Both the position numbers and the translations under genes were made by a program. Positions 38,274 through 52,300 of a stretch of 64,000 bases of DNA are shown in pieces (the first letter of the stretch is position 1; every line of letters starts with the position of its first letter). This stretch comes from Hydrolagus colliei (Eukaryota). The notes beneath the pieces were generated by a model. It was not told where the DNA came from. It did not search any database and saw only the letters and a list, made by a program, of their open reading frames with translations. Location of the stretch: positions 2,976,001 through 3,040,000 of the forward strand of contig CM068757.1 in NCBI GenBank assembly GCA_035084275.1, given 5' to 3'.

Positions 38274-38747
38274 AAGTGTTCCAGAATGCAATGATGTGAT
38301 CCAATTACTCAGAGTGCTATGAAGCTGACCACAATAGCAAAATAAAACAGTATGACTTCCTGCCTCCCAATCTGCAGCAGCTTGATACCTTTCAAAGAGA
38401 AGCACTATGTACTTATGCTAAATTCAACAACAGGCACTGGCATGGTAAATTATAGGTGCACCTCACTCATAAATAAACTGTGAACAACGATTCCTTGGCA
38501 CTTCAAATGGCTCTTATTCAACCCGTGACCAGGTGGAGTCGTTTATCCTTTAAGAGACCTCAGGAATATTTGTGCTTAATAGCAGTTCTATTCCCCATCG
38601 CAAGTTTGAGAGCAGTAACAGTCAGAGAGCCCAAGTGTGAAGCTCAGTCTCAATTAGCATTTGACCCGATCTGCCTTCGTTCCACGAGCTTGTTCGCTCG
38701 TTCTTGGTCGGGCATGTACAGTAGACGGATAAACAAAACACGGTCTC

Positions 38748-39147
38748 CACATTTGATATAGTGTCTTATCATGTCGTTGAGGTGTCTCATTGAACTATTA
38801 TAAAGTGTAGTGAGTGTTTATTCTGCAGGCAAACAGTGCGACCAATTTGCGTAGAGCATTATCTGACATACGACCATGAAGTGAGTGCCCAATTTTATCT
38901 GGAAGATTGTTGGCCAGGACACAAGGAGGAATCGTTTTTGTTTTGAAATGGTGCAATGGGATCTCTAGTATCCACCTGAACAGTCAGACCGAACCTCAGT
39001 TTAATATCTCAACTGAAAGACAGCACCGATGACACCCAGCCCCAGCATTATTGTCAGACTAGACTATGAGCTTGAAGTCCTTCCTTGGGGCTTGAACCGA
39101 CAACCTCTGACGAAAAGGTGAAGAATACTTCCAATTGAGCCAAAGGC
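38748..39147 (-). mobile_element. Near full-length old tRNA-headed Deu-domain SINE (SacSINE1-like)
   Basis: Minus strand has head tggctcaattggaag...gaggttgtcggttcaagcccc, core gtgctgtctttcagttgagatattaaactgagg...caggtggata...gatcccattgcaccatttc...gtcctggccaacaat, and tail gataagacactatatcaaatg. Confidence 0.8.
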
Positions 39148-42100
39148 AAAATGCTTACACAATAATCCAGAGAGGGAAAGATCATCCCTAAACCAATAAG
39201 TCTTTTTTTTCTTTTCAGAATATCTTTTGAGCCTTCTGTCCTTAACCTTTTCCAATCCTTTTAAACAATGTGACAGGTGTTTTGAGTGTCCTGCGCCCCA
39301 TATATAAACTCGGTAGCAAAAAAACACCACACACAGGAAACGTTATAGACCATCCTGTGCAACTATATGTAATAATAATAATATCCACCTTGTGAAACCT
39401 CTTTGAAATCTACAAGGTGAGTGGGAGGGGTAGGGAAATGCATTTGATTTGATTAAAAATTGTCTCATTGCTTATCACTGGTAGTTTCATTCAATACCTT
39501 GATGACACTCCCAATCACATCCCCTCCCCCTCCCAATCTAATACTGCAATCAATATTCGGCATAAACTAAACATAGTCAATAAACCCAGTACTTTTTGTT
39601 AAAAAGAATTAATGGTCATACGGGTTACACGCCCTCAGCCATAAATATCTGCCGGTTGAACAAAGAGATACCGAAATAATGAAATCAGGAGGAAAAAATA
39701 CCAAACAGGATCTTGCACAGAAGCAGACTGTTTGTGCAGTGTGTGAGTGTGAAGCCTGCTATAGGTAGAGGCCCAATGAGAATCAGAAGATTTACAGTGT
39801 GTCAACTCCTGCAGACAGACAGGAAAAGCCTATATTCAGTACAAGCAGTCACAGTCATGCTAGCTGACTTTTCATTAAACAGACCGCGCCAGCTATTAGC
39901 CAAAGAAAGCAATCAATTTGTAACTCGAATTTCATTTATAGAGTGATGAAGTTCATTTGGATCAATATAATTCAAAACAGTTCATGTTTCATCCCTGTTT
40001 ATTTGGTACTATAGCGACTATGTCCATGAGCCAAGCTTTGGTTTTATTTCCTAGCCATACCTATGATATGAATTAATAGTATTAATGAGAAAGTAGCAGC
40101 AGCTGAATCCAACCTTTTATTATTCTGTAGATGTTACCATGCCTCCATTGTGCTCTATTTCACAAGCCACTATTTCCCGTTTGCGTCTAGATGTTAAATG
40201 CCATTGGTACGGTTTTCCTGTGTGCAATTTACTGCTGTGTTGCATCCACGGAGTGTACAGTAAATGTACTTTACAGTACATTTTCTATGAAGCGCTTTGA
40301 GACATCTCGAAGACATGATAAGGCGCTGTATTAAATGTAAGGATTATACGGACTGAATAACAAATACCCGTTTGACATTGCCAATCCAAAGTCGGAAAGC
40401 ATCAAACATGTTTTGTGGCCCAATCCCTGACTGCCAGCTAAACCGCACTAAATTCTCTAACTAGATTCTGGCAGAAAATTAACCCATTTCCGCAGTAGTA
40501 GTGCTGGGAATGATGCAGAGAGCAGCAGAGAGTAACAAGTTGCCAGACTCACTGCCCCATCCATCACATTCGCTCTATTCTGCTTGTTACATTCATTGCC
40601 ATTATGCAGCAGCACACAAACATGAATGACCTGCGCACACATAGAGCATGTGCCACAAAACACCGTACACATCAGACAAACAGACAAGATCAATTACAAT
40701 ACAGGGCCATCCTGGCAAGAGATAGCAATGTAAACCTGACAGTTCCACTCAAACTGCCAATTTTGGCAGAACTCATTATAACTGAAGAAAAACAACTTCT
40801 GTTTGAATGTCCATCAAATTAACTGTTACACATAGATATCATAGATGTTCCTTGTAATGCAAAGAAGCCATCAACTTCATTAGTTTGTGTGTATTGGAAA
40901 TATTAACTGCTTATGTGGACGTGTAAAGGCGAGCACCAAAGGAATTGAGTTATCAAACCTAGCACTACAAACAAGTGATTCTTATTGAAAATACAATCCT
41001 ATATAAAAATACACAGTCAATCCACTTTACAGTGTTTCCTGTGAAGTGCTTTGAGATGTCTCAATGATGTATTATGGTGCTATATCAAATGCAAGGATTA
41101 TTATTATTGTATTGTGTACGAGTGTATGGGATTCCTCATTCTCATTCTTTGATACTTACTAGCCTGATTCTGTCTGAATTGCATGGGTGAATCGCAGGAT
41201 TGAAACTAATGGGCTAAACAGTACATAGAACACCAATGTCTGGCATTCACAAGCTATGTAGATTCAGTGAAAGTAACAGAGAAGTTGAAAGGAGTGAGTC
41301 AGCAGCCACTTGTCAAAGTCAATTTCTGTACGCGACATTGATCGAGTGAGTTACCAGCCAAATGCGCAGAGTTCATTTTACTAAAGGAATGAATAATCAG
41401 CTGTTTGGCCAGGGGATATATTGAACGATAAATTAACTTTTTTACGATAACCCCGGTACTCCCAAGTACAATGCAAATCATTTCCGCAGGTGTCTCCTGC
41501 ATTCATTCAAAAATTAATCAAGCAGTACCTGTACATTGGTTCAAACTTCAAAGTCGTTCAAGTTTGGTTCAACGATTCAATGAATTTAGGTTCATTTCAA
41601 CTAATTTCTATGACACACTGATTGATTCTTCCCCATTAATCCATCAATTCCAAGACTGGAAAACAGGCAATTATTCTTATTTGTGCACACAGGCAAAACA
41701 ACCGTCAAAACGTGTTTGCTCCCAAGTGACAAGAGAATGTTTTGTCCTGTGAACTGGTGCCTATTGAGAGTGGGCCCAAATGATCTTACAGCCAGACACA
41801 GGAGACATCCATTGAATTCAAATCAGTGTCTCAGAACTTAAAGGGCCCGTGTTCTTACCTGCTGAGTCACAGCCATTTAACACTATTCACTACTTTTCCT
41901 CTGCCAGGTAGGATTGCTTGTACAACAGTCCTTGCATTTAAATTAAAAATACGGAGCCTTTCTGCATCATGGCTCGCGCATTTTCCCTCAAAAATATCGG
42001 GTTAGGCAGTGGGTGAGAAATGGCTACATAAAATGACTATGAATGTACTAGGAATTGAGACATATTTTTGGTGAATCATCATCAGTATCAACACATACAC

Positions 42101-42437
42101 CTCGGGTATGGTGTAATTAAATTCAGAAGAATGCTCCCATTATTTTATGCCGAGAACCACCCATCCTCTAATTTCAATACATTGTGGATCTATTGTCTCC
42201 TAAAATCTTTATTCTTGCTTAATGGATTCCATCATTGCTTGTGGTTTATCAGATATGAACATCAGTGAGGTTTCAAAAGGTAAATTGTCATTTTGCGGAG
42301 TAGATGGAAACTACAAGTTCCACATTTTTGTGCAAAATAACCCATTTCCAGACTGAACTATCATTTAGCGGATGTAAGCGAGAGATTCTTTAAGCTGTTC
42401 GCGTTTGGATTTGTGTGACAATACCTTTGATCTCCAG

Positions 42438-42576
42438 GTTTGGAGTCGAGCCGTCAGGACTGGTGAAATTGGAAAAAGAAATCGAACAGGAAGAGTCCCG
42501 TTCTGCACCCCCACCTTCTCCTTCTCCGACCAAATCACCCGGGAAGAAGAGTGCGGGGAAGCTGCTGGATGATGCG
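42438..42576 (+). CDS. GAS2: GAS2 coding exon 5 (Pro/Ser-rich linker, start of GAR domain)
   Basis: Acceptor tctccAG|; encodes (R)FGVEPSGLVKLEKEIEQEESRSAPPPSPSPTKSPGKKSAGKLLDDA; donor GCG|GTAAAT. 139 nt. Confidence 0.95.
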
Positions 42577-42663
42577 GTAAATAAAAAAAGGGGGTAAATG
42601 TACACATAGTAGAATAAAGAGACGAAGAGGCAAACGCTGCATTAAACTAGTACAGACTAACAT

Positions 42664-42980
42664 TGCATCCTGTAGCTCAGTGGTTAGAGCACTCACCTTG
42701 CAAACGAGAGACCTGGGTTGAACTCCAGGCAGGGTGGAACCTTGGGCAAATTTCCTTACTCTACACACCTGATAATAATCCCTCAAAAACCCCCAATAAT
42801 AAATGGGTCATTTCAATCCATGACTGTTTGTGGGACACTGCTGTGTGCGATTGGCTACCGCATTCCGCCAACACAATATATAGTCAATTCACTTTACAGT
42901 AAATTCCGTGAAGTGCTTTGAGACATCTAGAAGATGCGAAAAGAGTGCTATGAAATGCAAGGATTTTTTTTTTATTATTA
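42664..42980 (+). mobile_element. Full-length dominant SINE in the GAS2 intron after coding exon 5
   Basis: tcctgtagctcagtggttagagcactcaccttgca head through aaatgcaaggatt tail. Confidence 0.92.
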
Positions 42981-45108
42981 ACATGCTTTGAAGTTCTGGA
43001 TGTCAATCCCAACATCCAATCACAATACACTGGACTCCCAGTCAATACTGAATCTTTTAGCCGTTTGAATATTAGTTTGGGAATGGATATTGGTAGAAGA
43101 TTATAGAAGGATATTGGTTCCTTCTCACCTGTCGTCCCAACCAGTTTATCCACAACCCCCAATCAGTCGTCTCAACATGCCAGGTTGCCACAACAAAATC
43201 AAAGCCATCTTGCCGCAGAGATAGAGGAGGATTGAATCCCTACTTTTGATACGTTGTAGAAGAAAAATGCTGCAAAAAAAAAACAAGCTTGAATCCAGAT
43301 GTTTGGAAATTATAATGAAAGTTGCCTTTATGGTTTAATTCTCAACTCTAATCACATAAGTTGTCTAGACTAAGTTATGCTGCTGCTCTCCCCCAGCTCA
43401 ATCCTGAAGCTGTCGATCCCACGAGCTCCTGATCCACTGATGGCAGTTCTGTGTTGAATATTTCAAACCTTTTGAAGCCATTCTGTAGACCGAAAAGTTT
43501 TAATAATGTTTAGCTGTAAAGGTTGGAGACACATTCTGAATGAACATTGTCCTCGTAAGATGCTTTGTTCATTCTAATTTGTTTCTTTGCCAACATACAG
43601 AATTCAAGTGTTTCTTAAAGTTATATTTGCTGGTGGATCATTCCATTCTGTCATTTACCCAGTTTTCCAATTCAGTAATAATTTAAATTGCATTAATCTC
43701 AAGACGTCCCTTTTTGGCAAACCTTTTGCCATTTGAAGCAATTCCGCTCAGCATTTTTCTACAAAAGCAGGTAGCCTCGGACACTTTGTGAATCAAAAGT
43801 ATGACAATCCTATTACCACGAGTAGGATAGTTTGTGCATTGAGCTGCCTTCTGCCATCTAAATGGAAACTGATTCAGCCATTATTCCACTTTATTGTACA
43901 TTAAACTCAGTTGCAGGTCCACAATTAAAGTCGAGACAATCTGCAATGAATTCAGTGTCATTTTCATTACTGCATATTGATTCAGAGTGGAGATACCTCA
44001 AAGTTAATGTTAAGTTGAGTGGGTGAGCCCACCCACTCCTGAATGTGCAACTCAACAATAAATCTATAGGGCACAAACCTACTGAGCATATACAGGTCAA
44101 CAAACCATTTGCAGTCATTAGAGGCATAATGGTTCTCCAACAGTTAGGCTGCGTTTAACGTATGATTTGCACAATAAGACTATATAACAATTCTTGCTTA
44201 TTATTATACTGATTATTCACTAGCTGAGCATTAGGTTCAGAGTCACTATTGCTTTAAAATTGAGCACTTAAGTGACTGACCAGATGCCAGTAAACAATGT
44301 TTTTGAGTGGTGTGGTTTTATTTCCATTCCTCTCTCTGTTATCGACTCACTATTTGCTTCTGGATTTTAGTTTCCAGCCAAATTAGACAGGAAAGTCTAT
44401 TGATTGGTGTGGATATTTTGTCTGTTTAAAAAAATAAGTAGCTCATAGTTCAAAGTCACTCTGTGATCAAGCGAAAGGCAGCAAAATGGATCGCACATGT
44501 AAATGGCTTAATTTTAAGTGATAAGTTAAAGTGGGTGATGAAATCGCTTACACATAACTCAGCGGAGATACTGAGACACATCTTTGGAAAAACTCTGCTT
44601 TTTAATAAGCAGATGGTGGGAGTCTGTTATTGTGAAAGCTCCTTGGATCTACTCAAATAGAGTTGGATTAGGCCAGGGAAGTCCCAGATTTGAGACTGGG
44701 CTCCACCTGGGTGATATTTAGGCCAGGAATTATAGTTACAGCGTCTGCGTGGGTGGGTGGGTGGAGGGGGTAAAGAAATCAACCTCTCCATCCAAAGGGA
44801 TCACCTGAAAGCGAAATGGCCGGTTATATTTCAGGCACCGTATCAAATTGTTACCCTGGTCTGCATTCTCACGCTAATTAACCTCAGCCTCAGGGTGAAG
44901 ATCTGCTCTCACTCAATCTGAAACCGAATCGAAACCATACGTACAAATAAACACCATGAATTGGCAGGGTTTGGCGAAAAATAAAGCAACAGTTCCCAGC
45001 TGCCATATAAATGGGAACTATTATGTGGCGGCAGTCGTTGGTGGGTGAAAATCAGCTCTACCACCTGGTAGTTCTGGTTTGCGGATAACGTCCGTGCTTC
45101 TGTTTCAG

Positions 45109-45216
45109 GTGAAACGCATTTCGGAGGATCCACCGTGCAAATGTCCAACCAAGTTTACCGTGGAGCGTCTGTCTCAAGGGCGGTATCGTGTTGGTGAAAA
45201 GATTCTATTCATCAGG
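45109..45216 (+). CDS. GAS2: GAS2 coding exon 6 (GAR domain, N-terminal half)
   Basis: Acceptor cttctgtttcAG|; encodes VKRISEDPPCKCPTKFTVERLSQGRYRVGEKILFIR; donor AGG|GTAAAA. 108 nt, phase 0-0. Confidence 0.95.
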
Positions 45217-48200
45217 GTAAAAGCTTTGATTTAAAATATATATATACTGTGTATATAGTAACGGTGGCTTGTGTGCTTGAGCTGTGAAAGCGGTGTGGGG
45301 AAAAGAATACATTTTGACCAAGCAATAAATAACTGCAGGAAGCTCCACTATACCAGGTACAGGGTTCAGTACCGCTCATAATGTCAATAGAATCTGACAT
45401 ATAACACTAGCAAATAACATCACAGACTTTCATTGTGGACCAGTCAGTACCCCTGAGATGTGTTCAGATAAAAACAGCTTGCATTTAAGCAGCCTTTACA
45501 TAGTGTCCTTCACGAGGGCTAGCACCTTGGAGTGCTTAAAATATTGGAAATGAAAAGAAAAAAAAATAAGCCTCAGGAAGGAATGAGAAAAGATTACTCA
45601 CTCATCAATTTTTGTTTCTTTAGTCACTGTTTGTTTTTGTACTGGCGCTCGTTAAAGCCGGCACAAACTCTACAGCAATGCTTTGGGACGTCCTCCAAAC
45701 GTCAAAGGTGCTATATAAATGCAATCCGATGTTCTGGTTGAAGCAGGCCATTCAGCCCAATTAATCTGTATTGGTGTTTATACTTCGCGTGAGTCCAATC
45801 AGATTGGGAGGGAAAAAAAACCTTGTTCCAATTTGCTGTGTTTTTTTTTGCACTGCTGTGGAAAGGCTCGTATACGTTAGACGACAATGAGCCATCCGCA
45901 CAGCTTGAACAAATGCTCATGTTCACAGGCAACATCAGACGCCGTCTGACCGATCCATAACCAAGTTTCAGACTGGTGCATGAATGGAATCATGGAGAAT
46001 AATGCCAACTCTATTGATTTTGATATCGGCAGATTTTTTTTTTGTTCATCTAAGAACAAAAGACATTCACACTAAGCCACTTTTACATGGTCACGGGATT
46101 GGTTCAGGTAAAGAAGCGTTTGTGGCCCACGTGATCTCACCCTTCTACAGTCTCTTAAACAACTCCGGCCTCAACCACCATTCGTGGTGACCTGTTCCAG
46201 TCATTAATTAATAGTCTTTGTGGGTCCTGCAAATCTTTTTTTTCCCTTCTGGTTTGAAACAGTGGAGACAGATGTTATGTACTAACACAGGCAAATGATG
46301 GATTTGTTTTCCAAATGGTTTCGAATCTCGTGCTTTTTCCAGTTTAATGCTTTTTCCAAAGATACAAGGGGGGTGGGGGGGGGGGGGAAATTCCTGAAGA
46401 TAAACCTTTACAAAGCCAGCAGGAGTGCTTACTGAAAAGTATTTCCGTCGTGGCCCATCAGCCAGTTTTCAGCACCCTTCGAGTAAAAGTAGTTATTTAT
46501 TTGACCTTCTGAAGACTCTGCTCTTTGAGGATGTTTACGGTCACCTCCTCCCTCCCCCTCGCTTGGTGTTATGCTCCGTAACAGTTAAACACTCCGACAC
46601 TCTGCCCCTCGTGAAGTGTGCTGTGTGAATATGAGTTGTTTATTGTTAAAAAAAATTTAAAGAGGCATGTTTGTTCACAATCTTCGGTCCTGTTCAGTGA
46701 CCTGCGATCCTCATGAAAAAAATTTAATTGACTAGAAGTTATGTTTCATTCCGGGAGCCGTTTAAAAAAAAAAGAAACTTTTTCCATCATGTTTGTAGAC
46801 ACACCGAGGCACGATATGAAAGTGTGCAAATAATTCTGACGTGAATGATATTGCTTGTGTTAGGTTTGTGGAGATTGAGCCACAAGGAGCAGCTGAAGTT
46901 GTCATTTATTTTGACACAAGATAGAACCTGATGATTTAATAATTCAGAATCAACCCAGATTCAGCTACGAGAAAAACTTTTCTCACCCATGGGAACGACA
47001 AGATTCTGACAGTTTGAGTGATATCAATATCAATTGAAACACCCTACACATGATTTATAAGTGAGAGTTATTGACGGCTTCTCAGCTTCTTCAGTAAGGT
47101 AGCAGGGTCTCTCAATCTAGGTTTGCAGATTCCTTATGTCTGGGATAACACAGACATGACTCATGAATCAGCAGTGCAGAGACTAAGGAGGTGGTTTAAA
47201 GGAATGGTAAAACTATCAAATGGTAATGTATGTAACATTCATTGTCATATAGCTTAGCTTCGCTAAAGCATTTTATTTCCTTTTGCCAAGAGGCATTTGT
47301 GGTCTCAGTCAAGTAACGTTTCATTTTGTTCATGAAAAAGAATTGGCCAGCCAACAAAATTTGCATAATTCATAGAAATTTTCCTTCAGCAGATTTGATC
47401 ATCGTATAGATTGAATCTGCAACAAAAGTATTATTTCCTTTCGCATCTCTCCAACTCCGTTCCTCATGCTCCCATTTCCCTTTAGGAACCAAATCTGTGT
47501 GGATGACTTTTCCAATACTGAGCCATGCCTGGCCAACACAAGTCACTTCTGTTCTTCTCGAAATAAACAAAAGACTGGGACGATTAAGATAAATTGATAA
47601 CTAGGTTACTAAAGTGACCGCATCCTCAATGACAATAGAGACAACTCAAATTTGATTCAGGAGTTCAGCTCAAGAGCAAGTTCGGTGTTGAGTATGTTCA
47701 ACAGCCTGCAAATAAATGAAAAGTGGGAAGTATGTGAAAAATAAAATCCTTCATTCCAGCACTTTAGGCAAGACACATTTTCGCTCATCTGTGGTTCTGG
47801 TGCTCTCAAGAGTTGGACGAGAGTACGTGGAGAAAATCTACTCTGCTAGATGATGAGTTACAGCAGTTGTTTTACCAGAGTCATGAGCAGCACAGGCATT
47901 ATTTACAATCATTTACACATGACTAACAGATTACTGCACCTTTTCTCACTCACCATCACTGGTTAAATATGCTGTTTATTCTGAGGAGGCAGAGTTTCTT
48001 CGTGCAATCTCTAGCAACATTAGTTAAGTCTGGAATGCTGCATGTTATTAATCATTAATTACTATTTCACATCTGGATGTAATTATTCGCACTTCTGCGC
48101 AATAACAATTCTTGGGCCAGAAAACAGCTGTGCCACAGAATTAAGGAAACGGTTTCATCTGCTCGACAAATTTAGAATCCAAACCATTTTGTTCGATTCT

Positions 48201-48217
48201 AGCCTGCATCAGTCCTC

Positions 48218-48225
48218 CACACACA

Positions 48226-48265
<40 letters not shown>
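48218..48265. repeat. (CA)13(GA)11 compound microsatellite
   Basis: Direct reading. Confidence 0.93.
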
Positions 48266-49040
48266 CAAGCTGCCAGCACCTTCCGAAAATGTACATTCAC
48301 CTCCACAATCTGTGTTATCAGCAGCTTATCTTAAACCAGCAAGACTGGGATGCACCAGAGATTGTGCTGAAATGAAACCTTTTATGAATGACATGTGTGG
48401 ACTTGTCAGTGACAGATCAGGCTCCTGTCTATAGGCAGCTTGTCAGCTTGTCACATTTAATTAATTTATTGCGTACATTTCATTTGCACTGTACTTTAAC
48501 ACAACCTCTATTAATCCTGGAACCCAGAGACTGGGAAATTAATTGAAAAACTCCTCCCCCCCCCGCCCGCTCATCTCCTATCACACAGGATAAGTTCAAC
48601 ATGATAGCATGCCAGTTCCTGGGCTGTTTGTAAATATTGTGCCTCAGCTTTCTTATCAAATTCAAATGCAACTTCAGTATACACAGTGTGTGTGGAAAAA
48701 CAATGCAAAAATATCTCTAGCATCTGTAGATTCAATATCAACCTCATCAGAAACAATATAGGATCAGAGCTGTGGCATTATGCAGCCCTGGTCTTGAATC
48801 ACATTGCTCACATATTACTGTATATTTTTTGTGGCTCACTCCTCTTCGCAAAACCCCAAGTGTCAAGAGTAAGCGCTTTAAGCCATTTCCATGACAACTC
48901 TGCTCTTTGGTTTCCTCTGGGATCAGCTGGGTAGGAGGATGAGAGAAAGAAGCCAGGAATTCCAGTTGCGCCTTTCATAAATTATTGATTGAGATGTGAT
49001 CCATCATGTGTGGAGAATGATCAGATTACATACATCTATC

Positions 49041-49352
49041 ATAATAATAATAATCCTTGCATTTGATATAGCTCTTTTCACATCTTTTCTTATTAAAGCG
49101 CTTCACAGAATATACTGTAAAGTGAATTGACTGTATATTTGTGGGCGAAACGTGGCAGTCAGTTGCGCACAGCAGCGTCCCCACAAACAGTCGCGGATTG
49201 AAATGACCAATTTTATTATAGTTTATTTTGGAGGGATTATTATTAGGCATGTGGAGTAAGGAAGCTTGCCGAAGGTCTTGCCCTGACCTGCTTGGATTTG
49301 AACACAGGTCTTATTCCCTTGTAAGGCAAGTGCTCTAACCACTACAGGATTG
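49041..49352 (-). mobile_element. Near full-length dominant SINE in the GAS2 intron after coding exon 6
   Basis: (ATA)n tccttgcatttgatatagc...aaagcgcttcacagaatatactgtaaagtgaattgac...gtgctctaaccactacaggat. Confidence 0.92.
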
Positions 49353-52300
49353 CGAGATAGAGATCCAGAGTGTGAGGATTGCATTGAGTAATTGATTTCC
49401 AGAGACATCAGGGAGGTAAATGCTCATTAGAGAATGTCACCTACCATAAGAATTGGGGCACTTAATTTAATTTGAAGATTTGCTGTGATATTTTCAGCCT
49501 ATAACTGGAACAGCACCACTGCGTTTTTTTTAAAAGAAAACAGAAATGAGAAAGCAATGTGGAGTACCGGAACTCACAATGAAATTGTTTTTCAACATTT
49601 CTTCACGTGATTACTCAAGTCTTTTTGTTATAACACACCAGGCAAACATGGCATTTTGCAGGCAGATGTACATTGCGGATACCCAAACTTTTAAAATTCA
49701 TAATATAACACAGGTTGTGAAAGAAACATTGGTACAACATTATTGCTACGAAACCTAACATTACCGCCTGGTACACAACAGGTGTTAATCATAGACTCTC
49801 TTTAGTTGATGTATTTTACAAGGTAAACTTTTAAAAAAAAATTCCAGTCTCCTTGACAAGCAATCAATGTCCAGGTGAGTCCCCTCCGCCCTTGCTACAA
49901 GTCTCTCTTACTTACCTGTTAGCCCCAACTCATCAGATAAACTCACTTCAGCTTACTTCCCAGGGTGCTGGCTCACTTGTGGCTCTAAGTACTGTAAGTC
50001 TCTTTGATATTCTATAAAGCGCTTTGAAATGTCTAGAAGACGTGAAAGGCCCTATATGCAAATGCAAGGATAATTCTTATATTATTACTTCCAATAGTCA
50101 CTCAACTCCTATTTCTACAGCATGTTATTTACCTTTTAGGTTACGAGAAGTGTACTTCAATACAACTTTTTGGTATTGAAGGCTTTGCTGGGATGCTTTT
50201 TTAAGGAGATAAAAGTTGGAATGTCCTTTGTTCTTTGTGATATTTTCAGAGGTAGATTTAGCAACTGGAATGTTGTTTGAAAATTAGTTACGTTGTACAG
50301 AGTTCAATTTCCTATGGAAATGGATAGTGTACCACTATTGTTCCAGTATCACTTAGCAACCAAGGACATACAGCTTTATACACCAAGTACCTAAGTGCAA
50401 ATTATTAAAAGGCAATAAAAACAACAGTCAGAACCTGGAATAAATTGAATCCAAGATTACCACAAATTCCGTACAATTATTCTGAAGATGGTTTTGTGGC
50501 ACAGTGTTGGAGTCATTTGAAGAGTAAGATCAGAATACCAGCTGTGTCTCAGGCCTTCGAAGGCTTAAATTGTATTTCCAAATCTTGCAACAATGTGTTT
50601 TTTTGTGGGGGGCTTGTCTTTTCTCATTACAACATATCACGCTGTGTTTCTGGTTTCTTTGGTAACTGAAATCTTCTACATTAGCTGGAGAAACCACAAG
50701 TAATCACAGACAGAGACTCAGAGGTAAATGGATCCTATGTAACCAGAGGGTTTGTGGACCAGATCACATTGAGTGATATATAGGCAGTGATGTTTCAATG
50801 TATTTTAGTTCCAAAGGGAAAAAAGGGAACACAGAGTTAAAGACTGGATTAAATACAGATGCATCTTTTCCTCCCATCATCAGGGAACTATGGGTGAGTG
50901 AGCAATTCCCCTTGTTGCTAAATGACTTTTGATGATGTGTGTTAATAACAGGACTTTCTCATTAGCTACACTTTGTCAAAGTCACAACATGTGGCAGGTG
51001 GAGAAATGTCATCCTCCAGGTTTAGTGTTAGATTTTATAGGTTGCTTTTAGATGTCATTCCTAATTAATAAAAACACCTCCAAACAGAATTTCTACAAAA
51101 ACATGGAACGTTTTAACAGTTGCTTTGGATGTCAGCTCCTTTGGATGTCGTCCCTACGCGAAAGGTGCTAAACAAATGTAACTTTGTTATTGTTGTCTTA
51201 CACTAACACTATAAAGTGAACAGATTATTCCAATACTGCAAAGCCAGAGCCCGAAGTAAATGTTTTTTTTATGGAGATAACCGGTTGAAGGACACCGTGT
51301 CTTAAACAAAAAATTGGAGCAGAACAATAACTTAACAGACATAATTCTCAAAGGCTGTTAAAAATGTAAAATGTATTACATGACCAGCAAGTGGTATGGC
51401 TGGGTTGTACAGCAAGTGTTGCTATAATTAGCAAATTTTGATCGTTCTTTGATAAATGATTTGAATTTGGAATTATGCTCAATAAATTAGTGGGTCATTG
51501 AGTAAAATGAATGGAAGATGCAACTCATCCACCAGGGACAAAAGCATTTCACTGCCCATTCATGCAACCCAACACAACTTCAGTGAATAAGTAAATCAAA
51601 CACTAAAAACACAGTGGATGTATTTTGTTACAATGAATATGCATTGCTGTAGAGCAGTTGTACACAATCTGAGGAGTCAAACCCCCGAGGGGCAAGGATT
51701 TTAGCTCATTGAAACCACCCAAATATAACAAATTCCTGTTGGAGATTTTCATCATGAGCAACTTCAATTGATGCCATTCTGCACGGGTCCAAAGAATGGG
51801 GTGATTCCAAGGTCAAAGAACTGTAAGGCGACTTAGGGTTGATGGTTGGCAGATAAATAGAAGTCTCCCCTAGAATTATGCGGAAGTATAATTCACAGAA
51901 ATTCAGAAATCCATAGTATATTTGTTTCTCATTCTTCAAAACTCTCAGTTGAACAGGCGATACATTGAGTATCAACAGTGTTCATTAGGAGAATGGAAAA
52001 AAACAAGCAAAGGAGGCAATAGCTTTGCAGCTGAATTACACGTATGTGCACAGAGCCCTACGGCTCGATGCTTAAAATGAGTATTAGTTTCAGTCTTGAG
52101 CTAGAAATGAAGATTAATAAGGTTTCATAAGGTTCTGTACAGAGACCCAGGACAACAATGACTGCAAGCAAATTATACCTTTATTTTCTCAGAGTAGAAT
52201 CATGTAACATCCCAAATAGACTTTCAATCTTTGGAATATGGGAGGGCTAACGCAATAAAACCAAGATCATTTGCATAATAGTGCATCTAAATTGTATTTT

